From: Aplysia californica | Lineage: Eukaryota | Direction: 5' to 3' | Length of the DNA stretch: 64,000 nucleotides | NCBI RefSeq assembly: GCF_000002075.1 | Contig: NW_004797285.1 | Location: 239,862-303,861, forward strand | In this document: piece by piece, positions 13,247 through 25,200 of the stretch | How the letters are laid out: each line of letters starts with the position of its first letter | How positions within the stretch are numbered: position 1 is the stretch's first letter | Notes under the pieces: generated by a model | The model's input: the letters and a program-made list of their open reading frames with translations, nothing else | What the model was told of the DNA's origin: nothing | Database searches by the model: none | Translations under genes and position numbers: made by a program

Positions 13247-16200
13247 GTAAGTTTTAGATTTTTAACATAAAAAAGGTGAATTCTTACAGCAAATAGTCTA
13301 GATAGATCAAGATCTATAAAACTGCTCTCAGTCTCAACTGTATAATGTGTGTTTGTGTGTGTACAAATTCAAAAACTCGGCAGGCGTCAGCTGAACTTTA
13401 CTGAGACTTCCTATGTTGTTGTAGGAAGTGGGGAAAGCCTCTAGAATCTCGAGGCCGAGGCGGGAGGAATCCCGTAACGAACGACTACTATGAAATAGGG
13501 TTGGGTACGTTAGGGTAACGGTTAAGGCTAGATCTAGGGTTAGGTCAGGGTTTGGGGTAGGGGTAGGGTTGGAAGGTCTCCTGCCTTTATTATTGTGTTT
13601 GTTGGTGGGGTGGTTGCTCGTTTCGCAAGTCCCAAAAGTACAGCTGATCCCCAATCCAATCAAACGCCAAAACCCATCACACCATATGTAGATTAGATCT
13701 AGATATCTAGACTAATCTAGATTAGATCTAAATTTCTCTATATCAAATAGCTTACAAACCAAACTTGCACAAAAAATCAAGGCGAACAAAAATTCAACAA
13801 AAGAAAACGGAGTGGTTATCCATACAAATTGTACGAAGTGCGCGGGTATCCATACCATAGTAGGCCTGCATGCCCACAGGCCTACTACCTACATGTTCTG
13901 TCTTAGTAGATCTAAAAATCTAGATCTAGATCTAGATCTAGATCTAGAATGATTTTAAGTGTGTACCATTTCAGATTTCAACAACCACGAGAAGTTAATA
14001 AAAAATCATTTTAAATCGCACTGGTCGGATTTCAAAAGTCTGAACAGTTCTTCTTGAACGGCGTCAATAGTTGGTGTCGCCACCTCATTTGACCAAACTT
14101 TTGGCACAGCGTCAAAGCATGGCCAGGACATGCCTTTGGAGAACTTGTTGCGGTAGGTTCTGCCACTCCTGTGACTGTACGAGGTAGCTCAAGAGTTGTT
14201 GAAGGTTTATGCAGGAGAGTGGTTGTCCCTTATCCACCGGTCAATGTGATCCCAAATGTTCTCTAGATCTACAGGGTTGAAACTCCGACTAAAAGCTGGC
14301 CAGTCCATACGGAGGACACCTTGCTGCAGCAGAAAGTCCCCCGCGATACGTACTCGATGTGACGTGGTGTTGTCATCCTGCAGAGAGGAACAGCAAGGGG
14401 TTGTAGGATTTCTTCCCTGTACCGTACCTTGCTGCGTTTAAACAGCCCTGTATATTGTACTGGGGGGTCCTGTGGTGAGCTGAGAAGCCTCCACACACCA
14501 GAACGGGCCCTTGGCAGCAGATTGAATCTGGATTTGTCCGAGAAGACTGCCTGGTCCCACTGACGTTGTGTCCACTGTGAATGGCGAGCAGACCACGCCC
14601 AACGAGCTGCTTTGTGGGGTGGCGTGTGTCTTGGGCGCCTGGAAGGGACTTGAGAAGCGAACTTGGCTCTACGGAGATGGTTCTTCACCTCGCTCACGTG
14701 GACATTGTCACCCGTAACTGTAACTGGCCCCCGATGCGGTTTGTAGTGGTGGTTCGTGACATCACAGCCTGTCTGACGATGAACCGGTCGATGCTGTCGC
14801 TGGTCAAACATGGCACCCTTCTGGTCGCTCGCCGTCGTTCTTGTAGCCTTCATATATGACTGAACGGGAGACCCCAAGTCAACATGCAATGAGTCGGAAC
14901 GTGGTGGAGGCAACGAGCGTCGTTGGGCCATCTTGTTATAATGAAACATGGCTGAAAAACGCTGGCTTATAAAGGGTTGCATGCATGTGAGCGATATTCA
15001 CAGCCAAGACATCTGTTAAGCACGTGCCAAGCAATATAATAACGAAGTAGCTAGCCGTACTTAAGTAGGGCTAGACTGCCAGTCTAGCCATACTTAGTTC
15101 TAGGTTTGGCCCTATCGGCTCAAGTCTGTTAAGTACACAGGTCTCATTAGATCTAGATCTAGTAATTATTCAGGTTCAAATACATGCAAGTCAGTAAGGC
15201 ACCTTTTGGTTTTGTCTAAAATACAAATACTTTAGGCATTGCAAACTAAAAATTTCATTTACAATTCAGCCATCAATATTAAGTACGGCTAGCCTGACAG
15301 TCTACCCGTACTTAAGTACGGCTAGACAAGAAGTCTAGCCGTGCTTAGTCTAGCCGTACTTATCTTAGGTCCTATTAACATTAGAAAACAGGTTTAAAAT
15401 ACATGCACAGTCATTAAGGCACCTGGTTTCGTCTCAAATACTTTAGGTACTGCACACTAAAAATGTAGGCCTATTTTTGGTAAATGGTCAGTCTAGCCAT
15501 CATATTAAAAATAAGTATGGCTAGCCTCTTCCATATAATAATATCAAGCAGGGGAGGGGGGAAATTCCGTTAAGGCAGGTTCGACTGCAGTACTTTATGC
15601 TTGGTTGGGTTTAAGCGGGGCAAGGAAAGGCCCGAACTTGGATACAGCGGGAGGGATTCTTGAGTGAATTGTATCTGGGGGAAAGGGGTTGAGCTGTAAG
15701 TAGGCTCCAAAAAGGCAGTCAGCGGTGCGACGTTGTGGTTGGCCAGTCCAGTGATGTAAAAGGGGGGGGGGGAGCAGTTGCCATGCACCTAGCTCAAGGG
15801 GCCCCCGAAACTAAGTACCCGGTTACTGTGTACATAGATACTGATGCTATGTGCCTGCTTACCGTGTACATAGTCACTCCCTTACATTGTATAGGATTAA
15901 ATTTAAAATTGCTGGGGCGTGTGGTGACAAATCACTAACCAACTCGGTCCTTTCAAAAGTGCCTTCAAAATCAATCATATGTCAATAGAGATGGGACTAG
16001 GCCTATAGATAGGTCTACTAGATCTAGATCTAGCAATGTCATGCACAGTCCATTTTGTATACAAACCTTTTTTGTCACATGATAATGTGCCGCATTTGTG
16101 ATTGTCAGTGGCTCCACTGACACTACCACTGCTCTTCTCCTTCTTTGCCCTTTCCTATCCTTCGATATAGCCTTTACCTTAGCCTATATTAGTCCTTTAG

Positions 16201-19200
16201 GTTTCATCCCTCAGTCTCTGTACATACTGTAACTCTGTAAGTTGTTTAAACTGTATATATATATAAGCATTCTACATTGGTGAGGTTTTCCTCATTGTCC
16301 CTTCTTGTGAAAGCACCATCACCTGCTGATCATCCTCATCCAGGTGAGACAGACAGAGAAGTGAGGCAGCAGCTGTGATGGTGCGGAGTACAGATGATGG
16401 TGTTGAGGGTCTACTTGATGTTGAAGAATGGTCCCAAAATGTCCTTTCCTTCTTTTCTGAACCCCCATTCTGACAAATCGAGCAGTTTGCTAACTTGCCC
16501 TCTAATACTGGTGACAGCGTAGTTGATCTAGATCTAGCCATATGTGAGCGTTGATTGGAATTTTATTGATCATTTAACCCACCTCAGGTCACAGTTGAGA
16601 CTTTTTGTCAACTCCAAATTGTTTCCAGCTTGGTATGCTGTCATCTGTTGCATCATCACAGCATTGTAGGCACCAGTCATTGTTGACTGGTGGGCTTGAT
16701 GCATTCATTTTCTTTCGTGTGGGTACTTTTTACACTGGGGGCAAAACGATAGTTTTTGTTACATGAAGCTACAGCGAGCACCTAGCACACCTCTGTGATT
16801 GCCCCAAATATAGATGACATATTTCTGCTATCTATTTTTCGTTGTCTGCGGGGTTTCCCCCCAAGACTCTTTTAGGTTTCCCTTGCCGGTAACTGTGTAC
16901 TAGGTCTTGCTAAGTTGGGTTTTTTTTTTCTTTTGGTATTAATTTGTGCTATCTTTTATAATATAAACACTCTCAGCGATTCTCGTTCCATAAATTTACC
17001 CTCTCCTCAAAATTGCCCACACGCACGCGCACACACAGCCCAAGCAGTCGGCGATGAAACCTAGTGGCGTAGCCCACCTTGCACTAATATAATGGGGCGC
17101 CAGTTACGGTGAGATCTGGTCAGCTGGCGAGAGAAGCATTTGGGAAGCCCTGGAAGACGACAAAAATAAATGGTGGAAATACGTCATCTGTGTTTGGGCC
17201 AATCATAGGTGTGCTAGGTGCTCCCTGTAACTTCATGTTTTTGTTGCATTCTGGTTCGGTTCCCATCTGGAGTCATGATAAAAAGCAAGAAAATTGTAAG
17301 CCTTGACCTTGCTATAGCATTAAACTGCATTTGGTGATGCTGAAAGGTGCATCTTAGGGTAGGGTTTTGTTGGGAGGTTGCAAAAATCTGAAATTGTCAA
17401 AATTTGGGCGTAACCATTTAAATCACGTTTCCGTGTAATTATCTGTTATCTTGTGTTTGTGGAAATGCGACCCGACATATTACGTTTTTAAAACCACTTG
17501 TTTCGTTTCAAACTGATCAGTAAGTCATTACCCAGACGAAGAATTCATTTATCTTTGACTGTCCAGTCAAACTAAAGGCTTGTTAGCTCGTACTTTTTTG
17601 TATTCGGCCCATACCATAATACATAACTTCGCATCGGACGGTGGTACCGTCCAGCCATGGTTACGGACCTAGACTGCCGGATGCTGCCATCGTCCAGACA
17701 TGGTTAGGTGGATTGCTTGTGGCAACGATGATATGACTTCTCTGGCAAATGCCTTCCCTTCTCCCTTTTTCCCTGTGCCTCCATTACCGTTCCCATATTT
17801 CTTAAAAGTATTGCATCCGGTGTTGGAGAAAAAAACTTATGAAATTACCAGCCTTTCATATTTTATAATTTCCCAGGCATGGAGGATGACATTCCTTGTG
17901 ACGCCGATCAAAAAGGTGAGTACAGCTATCCCATTTTAAATGAATTAGTTATAAATTATTTAATGACCAAATACAGATCTATGTTCTTTAAATTTTAATT
18001 TCATAGATTTAAAACTAAAACTTAGCAAATTGAAATAGAGACATAATGTGGTTTAAGAGTTGAACTCCTTTTTTTTCTTCATATATTTCATGGATGTGAA
18101 TGTTAAAATAATCTTAAATTAACGGATGTACAATTTTAGACTTTAAAAATTGTTACTGCTTCTATTTTTTTCAAAGGTTGTTCCTCTCTTATTTATTAAG
18201 TTATAAATATGTATATTATTTTTTTGTTTACTGCGTTTCCTACTAAATAGACTCTGATTCATTTTTCCATCTGCTTATATCTTTTCCATCTGCTTATATT
18301 TATTAAATTATAATATTAGTGAGGTGTTGGCTTATTCTTAATTCATAACAATACAATGGGACTTTTCTAGAGTCTTCTGGATAATATTTTTTTGAAATAA
18401 TAAAAGTATGAGTTTATATTTGTGTTATGACTAGTTAGTAACAGTTGCTTCAGTGTTTAAATGATTTAGTTGTTGAATGAAAGTTGCCTTTTTTTCATCT
18501 ATTTCGAAATAGATGGAATGGCCAGAAAAGCTGGGAATGGAATTCCTGCGAAACCTCAAAGAGTCAGAGTACCGAAGTCAATGGGTAAATATTACTGTGA
18601 TTTTTATAGAGATGAGAGATATGACCTTGTAAAAAGTCTCGGGCTTTTTGTGATTGCTGTGGAAACAATTAAAAAATACAGATTCTTGCCTTAGTAATTG
18701 TTCCATCATTCACTATTTGAATCCGAACAGTGAGTTAGTGATTATTCTTCTTTCTGTTTAGGCCTGTATTGTCAGTGTTACAAAGGTCTTGGTAGCTGGC
18801 TGTCAGCAGTTTTTTACTTTATTGTACAGGTTCAGAATGACTGAATGCTTTTTCAATACTTTTAACAACTTTGGAGCAACATGTGATATGACATGTAAAA
18901 CTTATGTTTTTAAAATGCCTTAGTCCTGTATCGTGTATAATGTATACCATTACCAGGTTCACACTTTGCTTTAATGCAAGTTTTTAATACTACAATTTTC
19001 GAAACAAAGGGTGCTTGTGTAACTTGGCGTTTTTAGTTCTGCCAACGTATGGCACGGTATGGTGAAAACTGATGAATGGCCCCTTGTATGCAGGGAGACA
19101 ACTTTTTCAGGAGAAGCATAAATGTTTTCACTAACTCTTCTATTATTTACTATTTAGCTATAATTTAGCACAGAGATCTGATCAAACTGTTCATAAACCT

Positions 19201-22200
19201 TTTTCAAAAGTTTGCATCGTTTAGGTTAAAAATAAACAAAGTTATTTGACATTTTTGTCATTCTCCCTTACACTGCATGATGGCAGGTTAGCCGTGTAAT
19301 GTATGCAAAAATGACTACGGTTACCATTTTGCGCTCTCCCTTACACTCATGAATTGTTATGGCTATGGGCGGGGGCAATAGTTTGGTGGTGGATGTGACT
19401 CAGTCAACAGTTATGACTGTACAGGTTACTGTGAATAGAAATAAGAAGAACACGGACTAGTCAACAAGTTACTGGTCTTTGTTATTACAGAATTATTATT
19501 GATTCTTATCATTTTCCTTCTGCGTTGGTTCACAGGCTGTTCCTATGCTTTACAGCCATTATCGTACACTTGTAACCAGTCCCATCTTCTGTACCTCATC
19601 TTTAACCACTTGTTTTCCGTGTACATGTATATATATCCCATTTTATCTGGACTAACTCTGTAACTGTAAGCGTGCTACATTTTCCTTCATCTCCAGGTTA
19701 AAGTCTTCAAAGTCAATGTCCAAATGTGTTATTCAGGCACACGATTTGTATAATAGCTTGATTTAAAACTTTCATTCAGTATCAAAGTTTGTTCTCTGTG
19801 AAATTTATTTTTTGTATTCTCTTCAGAAGTGAGTTTAAAATACTTTTATTTTCGCTGATTGCAAAATGCTTCCAGCACGACCAAAGGGATCCATGTGTTT
19901 ATTAAATGATGTCAATACTGTCAGATCGTTGTAGCCAAAGTCAAATTTTCATATCTAAAAAATGCAGCAGTCTGTCAAAGACTATCACAAATGCTCGGGA
20001 GAGGTAGAGTGTGATGCTCTGTACAGCACCGATCATTTTTAACAAAGGCCCCAGTTGATAGGGAAACAATGAATTGTTTCATACTACCTAGACAAGACAA
20101 GGACAGTTTTAGTCTGCAGTTATATAAATTGATCGAACAAAGAAATTGTAAAGCAAGTCTGTTGCCACAATACGTCCACTTTTTAAATTTGACAAAGAAA
20201 TTAACTCTCATAATGTTGTGTTGTTATTTGTCATGTAATTCTTCAATGATGTCTGCCAGTGACAGTTTGCTAGACTGGACTGTAAACTGATATGACATCA
20301 ATAAATTTCTTGCGCAATACTTTTTTTTGTCAGTGTAAAGGAAAACGATGGCCTCTCAATTACTCAACAGCAGATTAAAATATGACAAAAATAAAGGCAC
20401 AGAATTGAATACTATGAGATATATGGAATTCTTTTTAAATGGAAAATTTCTGACCATTTGTCGTTTTTTCCTTTTGACTAAATTTGACAGCAGAGTTGTT
20501 TGTGATTATATGTGCACTTTTATCCCGCCTCTCCGCCGTTTTGTTAAGAGGTGAGAATAATGTGGGCTAAGTCTGTCAAATTCATAGGCTTGAAATAAAG
20601 TATTGATAAATATCAGTAGATTCCAATGAGACTTAAAAAGTAAAAATGTTTGAAATGGTTTACGGCAATATTCCAAGTCCAATGTTAATAGGAATAAATA
20701 TTGACATTTCTTATGATTTATGAGAGGCTTGCTGTACTTATGTTGTTTTTTGTCTAGGTACAGCTGCTCCCCAAAGTGACAGTGCCGTAAAGATGGAAAC
20801 CTCGGCAGCCAGACCTGCAGGGTAATTATAGATTTATATCGAGTCTTTATTTGAATGTGGGTTCTGTACATGTGGGAAACAATTTGCACTGTTTCACACA
20901 CTTACACATTATCCATGATTTGGGTGTCATGTGTGACTGATTTGACTGCTTCTGCATCAATAAGTGTGATCTTTTCTCTAAATCACTTTTGTAACTCAGA
21001 TAAAAACGTGTTCAGTGAGACCCTATTTATCACATTCAGTTTGATTCTTAAAATAAATGTTTGAAAAATGTGTGCTTGTACTTCAAGTAAACTTTGTATA
21101 ATAAAGCATTTTAGTTAGATGATCATTGTTGCATGTTTTTTGTTTTGTTTTGTTAGAGTGGAGCATGTGATGATTTTTTTAAAGCCACTATTTTATAATT
21201 GAATGTCTATTGTCTTGTTACTTCCTTTTTCAAGGGATTCATCTTCACAAATGAAGCCACGCAGAGTTCCTGTATGTGACAAGCCTGCTCCACAAAAGAC
21301 TGAGAGGTAATATTTGCTTTACCCAAATGGGATTTTTTCCCTTTGTTACGTATAATGCAGCAGTGTTCTTTCTTTCTTTTACCTTTTTAAGAACATTTTC
21401 GTACAATTGTTTTGGTAAAAGTGTAGTACCACTTCCTATGTCCTCGTGCACCTTGATACTCAGAGCCCGCTGTTTCCTTCTTATGTAAACAGGGTTCGTA
21501 CTGGTCCGGGAAGAATGGAAAACTCTTGGAATTTTGTTTTTATTTTCTAAGACATGGAAAACTCTTAGAATTTTGGGAAGTTGGCCAAATTCTTGAAAAA
21601 GTCTGGGAAAAACAGATTTTTAACTTGGTCTATTGTAAAAATATTTCCTCGAAGTTAAGAAAGCCTCGTCTTTACGCATTCTGAATTTTTAAAATACCGC
21701 ACCGGAACGAATTATCTTCTGAAATGACACGTTAATTGTCTTGGAAGAAAGAAATCTGGGCTTGAAAATTTGGAAAAGTCTTGCAAAAAAAAATCTCCAG
21801 TTCAGTATGAACAGTGTGTAAAACATGGCTGTGGCCTCTATGGTGACCAATGATGGTGACCAATGATGTTGCACACTGGATCAAGCTCTTCTAAACTGAG
21901 GGGGGAGGGGGGTTGTACTTTTACTTACTCTCGACTGGTTCATATAATGTCTAGGGGCTCTCGTGGCCTAGAGGTTAAGGTGTTGGCCTCTCTCATTCAA
22001 AGGTCCCGGGTAGCGACCGAAAAATTTTCTTCTCTACAATTGTCTCCTTTCACCTCCTTTCCTGCTCTCTAGCAATGTTCTGTCGTCTACTTTCGTCTCT
22101 TCTTTCTGCCTCCACCCCCTCCTCTGGGCTCCTGACTCTTTCTGCGGCCTTTCTACTGCTAATCCATGGCTCCTTCTTACTGCTGTCTTTCAGCCACACC

Positions 22201-25200
22201 CCTGATCTTCTAGCCTTCTCGGACAAGGGCGAAAAACCTCGGAGGGCTCTTGTGCAAGTTGCGCTCGTTAAAGATTCCTTGGGGGTCTAAAATCGATAAG
22301 AGTAGGCTTCGGCCACCACCTGGGCAAAATTCAAAATTTCCTACCAACTGAAAACTTTTAATGTGTCCCCTGTGCCAATATGACCTAATGCAGTTGCGAG
22401 CGCCGTAAAACACTTACCAAAAAAGAAAACAAAATTAATGTCCCTTTTTGATTACCTTCTTTGCCTTGTGCTGGCTCGTCAACAAAATTAAATTACTTGT
22501 TTCTTTCTTTGTTCTTTTAAATACTTTTCATTTTCCTGTTGATTGATTACAACTTTGTTTGCCAATAGTATGATGGTTTCAATGGAATATATTTTAACCA
22601 CTAAAACAGGTTTGTCTGTATTAGGGTATGTACAAAAAGAACACTTGCTTGTGATAAAGCGCTTTCTTGTCGTTGAAGTGTATATACTGAAGTGTTGCTT
22701 GCAACTGGTATAGACACCAGAACTTGGGTCATTTGGCCCCACAGCGGATTCGAGTGAAAGAAGCGAACTATTGTTGTTAAATAGTGTTTGTAGAAAATTA
22801 TCCTAGGAAAACTCTAAAGAATGGGCTTTCTTGAGATGAATAAAAGGAGGCAAATGGAAGGTGAATATCATCAGTTGTTTCCTTTGCTTAAAAGGCGCCC
22901 TTCTCGTTTTTAGTCCAACATGAAAATGAGCCAAGAGACATTCAAGTATATCTTAGGAAAAAATCGAACCAAAGATAACGGAGAACTGGCGCAACATTGT
23001 GGTTTGCGTGGTCTTTCCTTCTTTTGTCCCAAATTGCAGGATTTTAAAACATGGCTGTGATATCTAAAGGTGAGCACAGAGGGGTGGCCGATTTATGCCA
23101 CTTAATCACTGTGAACCGCAAGTTATAAGAATCAATCTAAACAATTTTTACAACCGCACAGAGACCCGGTCTACTCTCTGCGCCTATCCGTGGGATTGGT
23201 GGCGACTTATTTTATGGGAAGGAAAATTTGATTCCTACTCACAGAAAGCCACTGCTCGATGCGAAGCAGTTACCCGTCAGTGAGCCATCACCGGATGTGA
23301 CATAGGGCTGGACTAGGGACTTTTTAACTGACTATTATCTCAAGGAAACACTGTAGACAGAATTTGATTAGGTTTTTTAAATCAGCGACACAAATTCTAC
23401 TGACCATGAGAGCAGAATTTGAGTTTGTGGAGTGATAAATATTTTTTTTAAACCACAGATTTCTAGGTACTGTTCTTGGGCCTATTCAATATTCAAAAGT
23501 ATGTGTTGCGTTCGATAACCATGTCACAAAGATATGATATGGTGCAATGTCATTGATGCACTTAAAATGAAGGACACCTATCTTGTCCTTGTTTTTAACT
23601 AATAAAGCAAACAAACAAGTGAAATAAAAATTGTCTTTCTCTTTCAGAACCCCACATCCATCCCCTAAGAAAAAGCAGAGGTTGTCTGAAGAAGAAGGGA
23701 AGAACTTGGTTGAGGCAAAGGTCGAAGCTGAAGACCAAGCCCTTGTTGTGGAGATGAGTTCACCTGCTGCCAACACACGGTCACGAAAAAGGACTTCTGC
23801 AGAGAGTAACAGCAGTCCCAGTGCATCTTCTCACTCCGAGATGGAGCCCGCGTCTTCTCCTGTTCAGCAGCCTGCTAGATCTCCAGTGACGAGACAGCAG
23901 TTCAAATCTCCTGTAGCAGCGAAGCTTTCCAAGTCCCCCACAAAAGGATTACGTTCTCCCAGGAAAGCTGTCAAATCACCTTACAAAGCTCCCAGGTCTC
24001 CCAGGAAACCACCCAAATCTCCGTACAAAGCCCACAAATCTCCCAGGAAAGTTCTCAACTCCCCTTACAGAACCCACCGATCTGGAAGTTCAACCTTAAA
24101 TCTTCCCAAGTGTGCCAGCACTGGTAAACTGCACAGGTCAAACTCGAAATCTGAAAAGAGAACTTTCACTGCCGAGTCCAGACGACCAGGCATGGATATG
24201 AAAACAAGGTCAACTCTGAATTTGAAAGGAAAAACATCGGAGGAAATAGAACTGGAGAGAATAGCTACTATGCAGAAAGAATTGGCAAAAACACGCCAAC
24301 AAGCACAGGTAACATTTTGTCATACACAATCATAGTATAATATATATTAAAGTTGAAATAAGTCTCTCTCATTTTAAAAACAATTTTAGTTGTCAGATTT
24401 ACCTCTTTTGTTATAATGCTTGTAACATAATATGTGAGGCATCGTGGTGGAATCAGGCGCTTGTCACAATAATGAAATCAAAGAAACTGGCCTATTTCTG
24501 GCTGTTGGGCAATTTTTTCAAAATTTCAGATAATTTATTTTTTGGTTCAACATCTTTTATGCCCATTTAAAAAACACATTTTGGTGTGGATTTTACTTAA
24601 AAACATTGATTAGAGGCAGAAAAATTGAAAATATGCAGTTTTCAAGGACACTCAAGCTTTGGAAGTAACCAAACTTTGGCTGCCATTTTCTCACAAATTA
24701 TGCCCCAGGCACCAGGTGGTGATCCCACTCCCTTCATCACATATCTGGATTTCTATTCATAATAGATGTAATTTTTTCTGCGAAAGACAAATGTACAAGC
24801 CAATATGATGCCAGTAACTCAGTGTGCCCAAAAATTAACGAGTGCCTGATTCCCTGTGTCGTGACACATTTTTAATTATTATAAATGAATTACACCAGCT
24901 CTGCTCATCATAGTTGTGGGTTTGGTTATGATTTATTTTCAAAGAAGTGGGCTTACATTTGATATGTAGTGGTTTGCCCTTCATGTTGTATTCACTACAA
25001 AAGAAGTGCATTCGATTGCGGAGTGAGAAGAGCTTTTTATGTGTCTTTACTGGAATGTTGTTTCTCCTACTTTTGGTTAAAGCTATTCGCTTGCCAAACA
25101 ATCTAAACTGAATTGTGTTAATGGGTGTGTGGAACAGGGGGGCCAAATATCATCGCGTTGCCTGATATGTTAGGGGGCCAGATGTTGACTTTTGAAATGA

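Noticed and set aside
13496-13572. TTAGGG-like tract
   Set aside because: Short and highly degenerate, typical of TE-internal repeats. No evidence for an interstitial telomere.
21490-21816. Possible hAT MITE (cagggttcgtac...gtatgaacagtg)
   Set aside because: The TIR is degenerate and the flanks give no matching TSD, so it is not supportable as a discrete feature.
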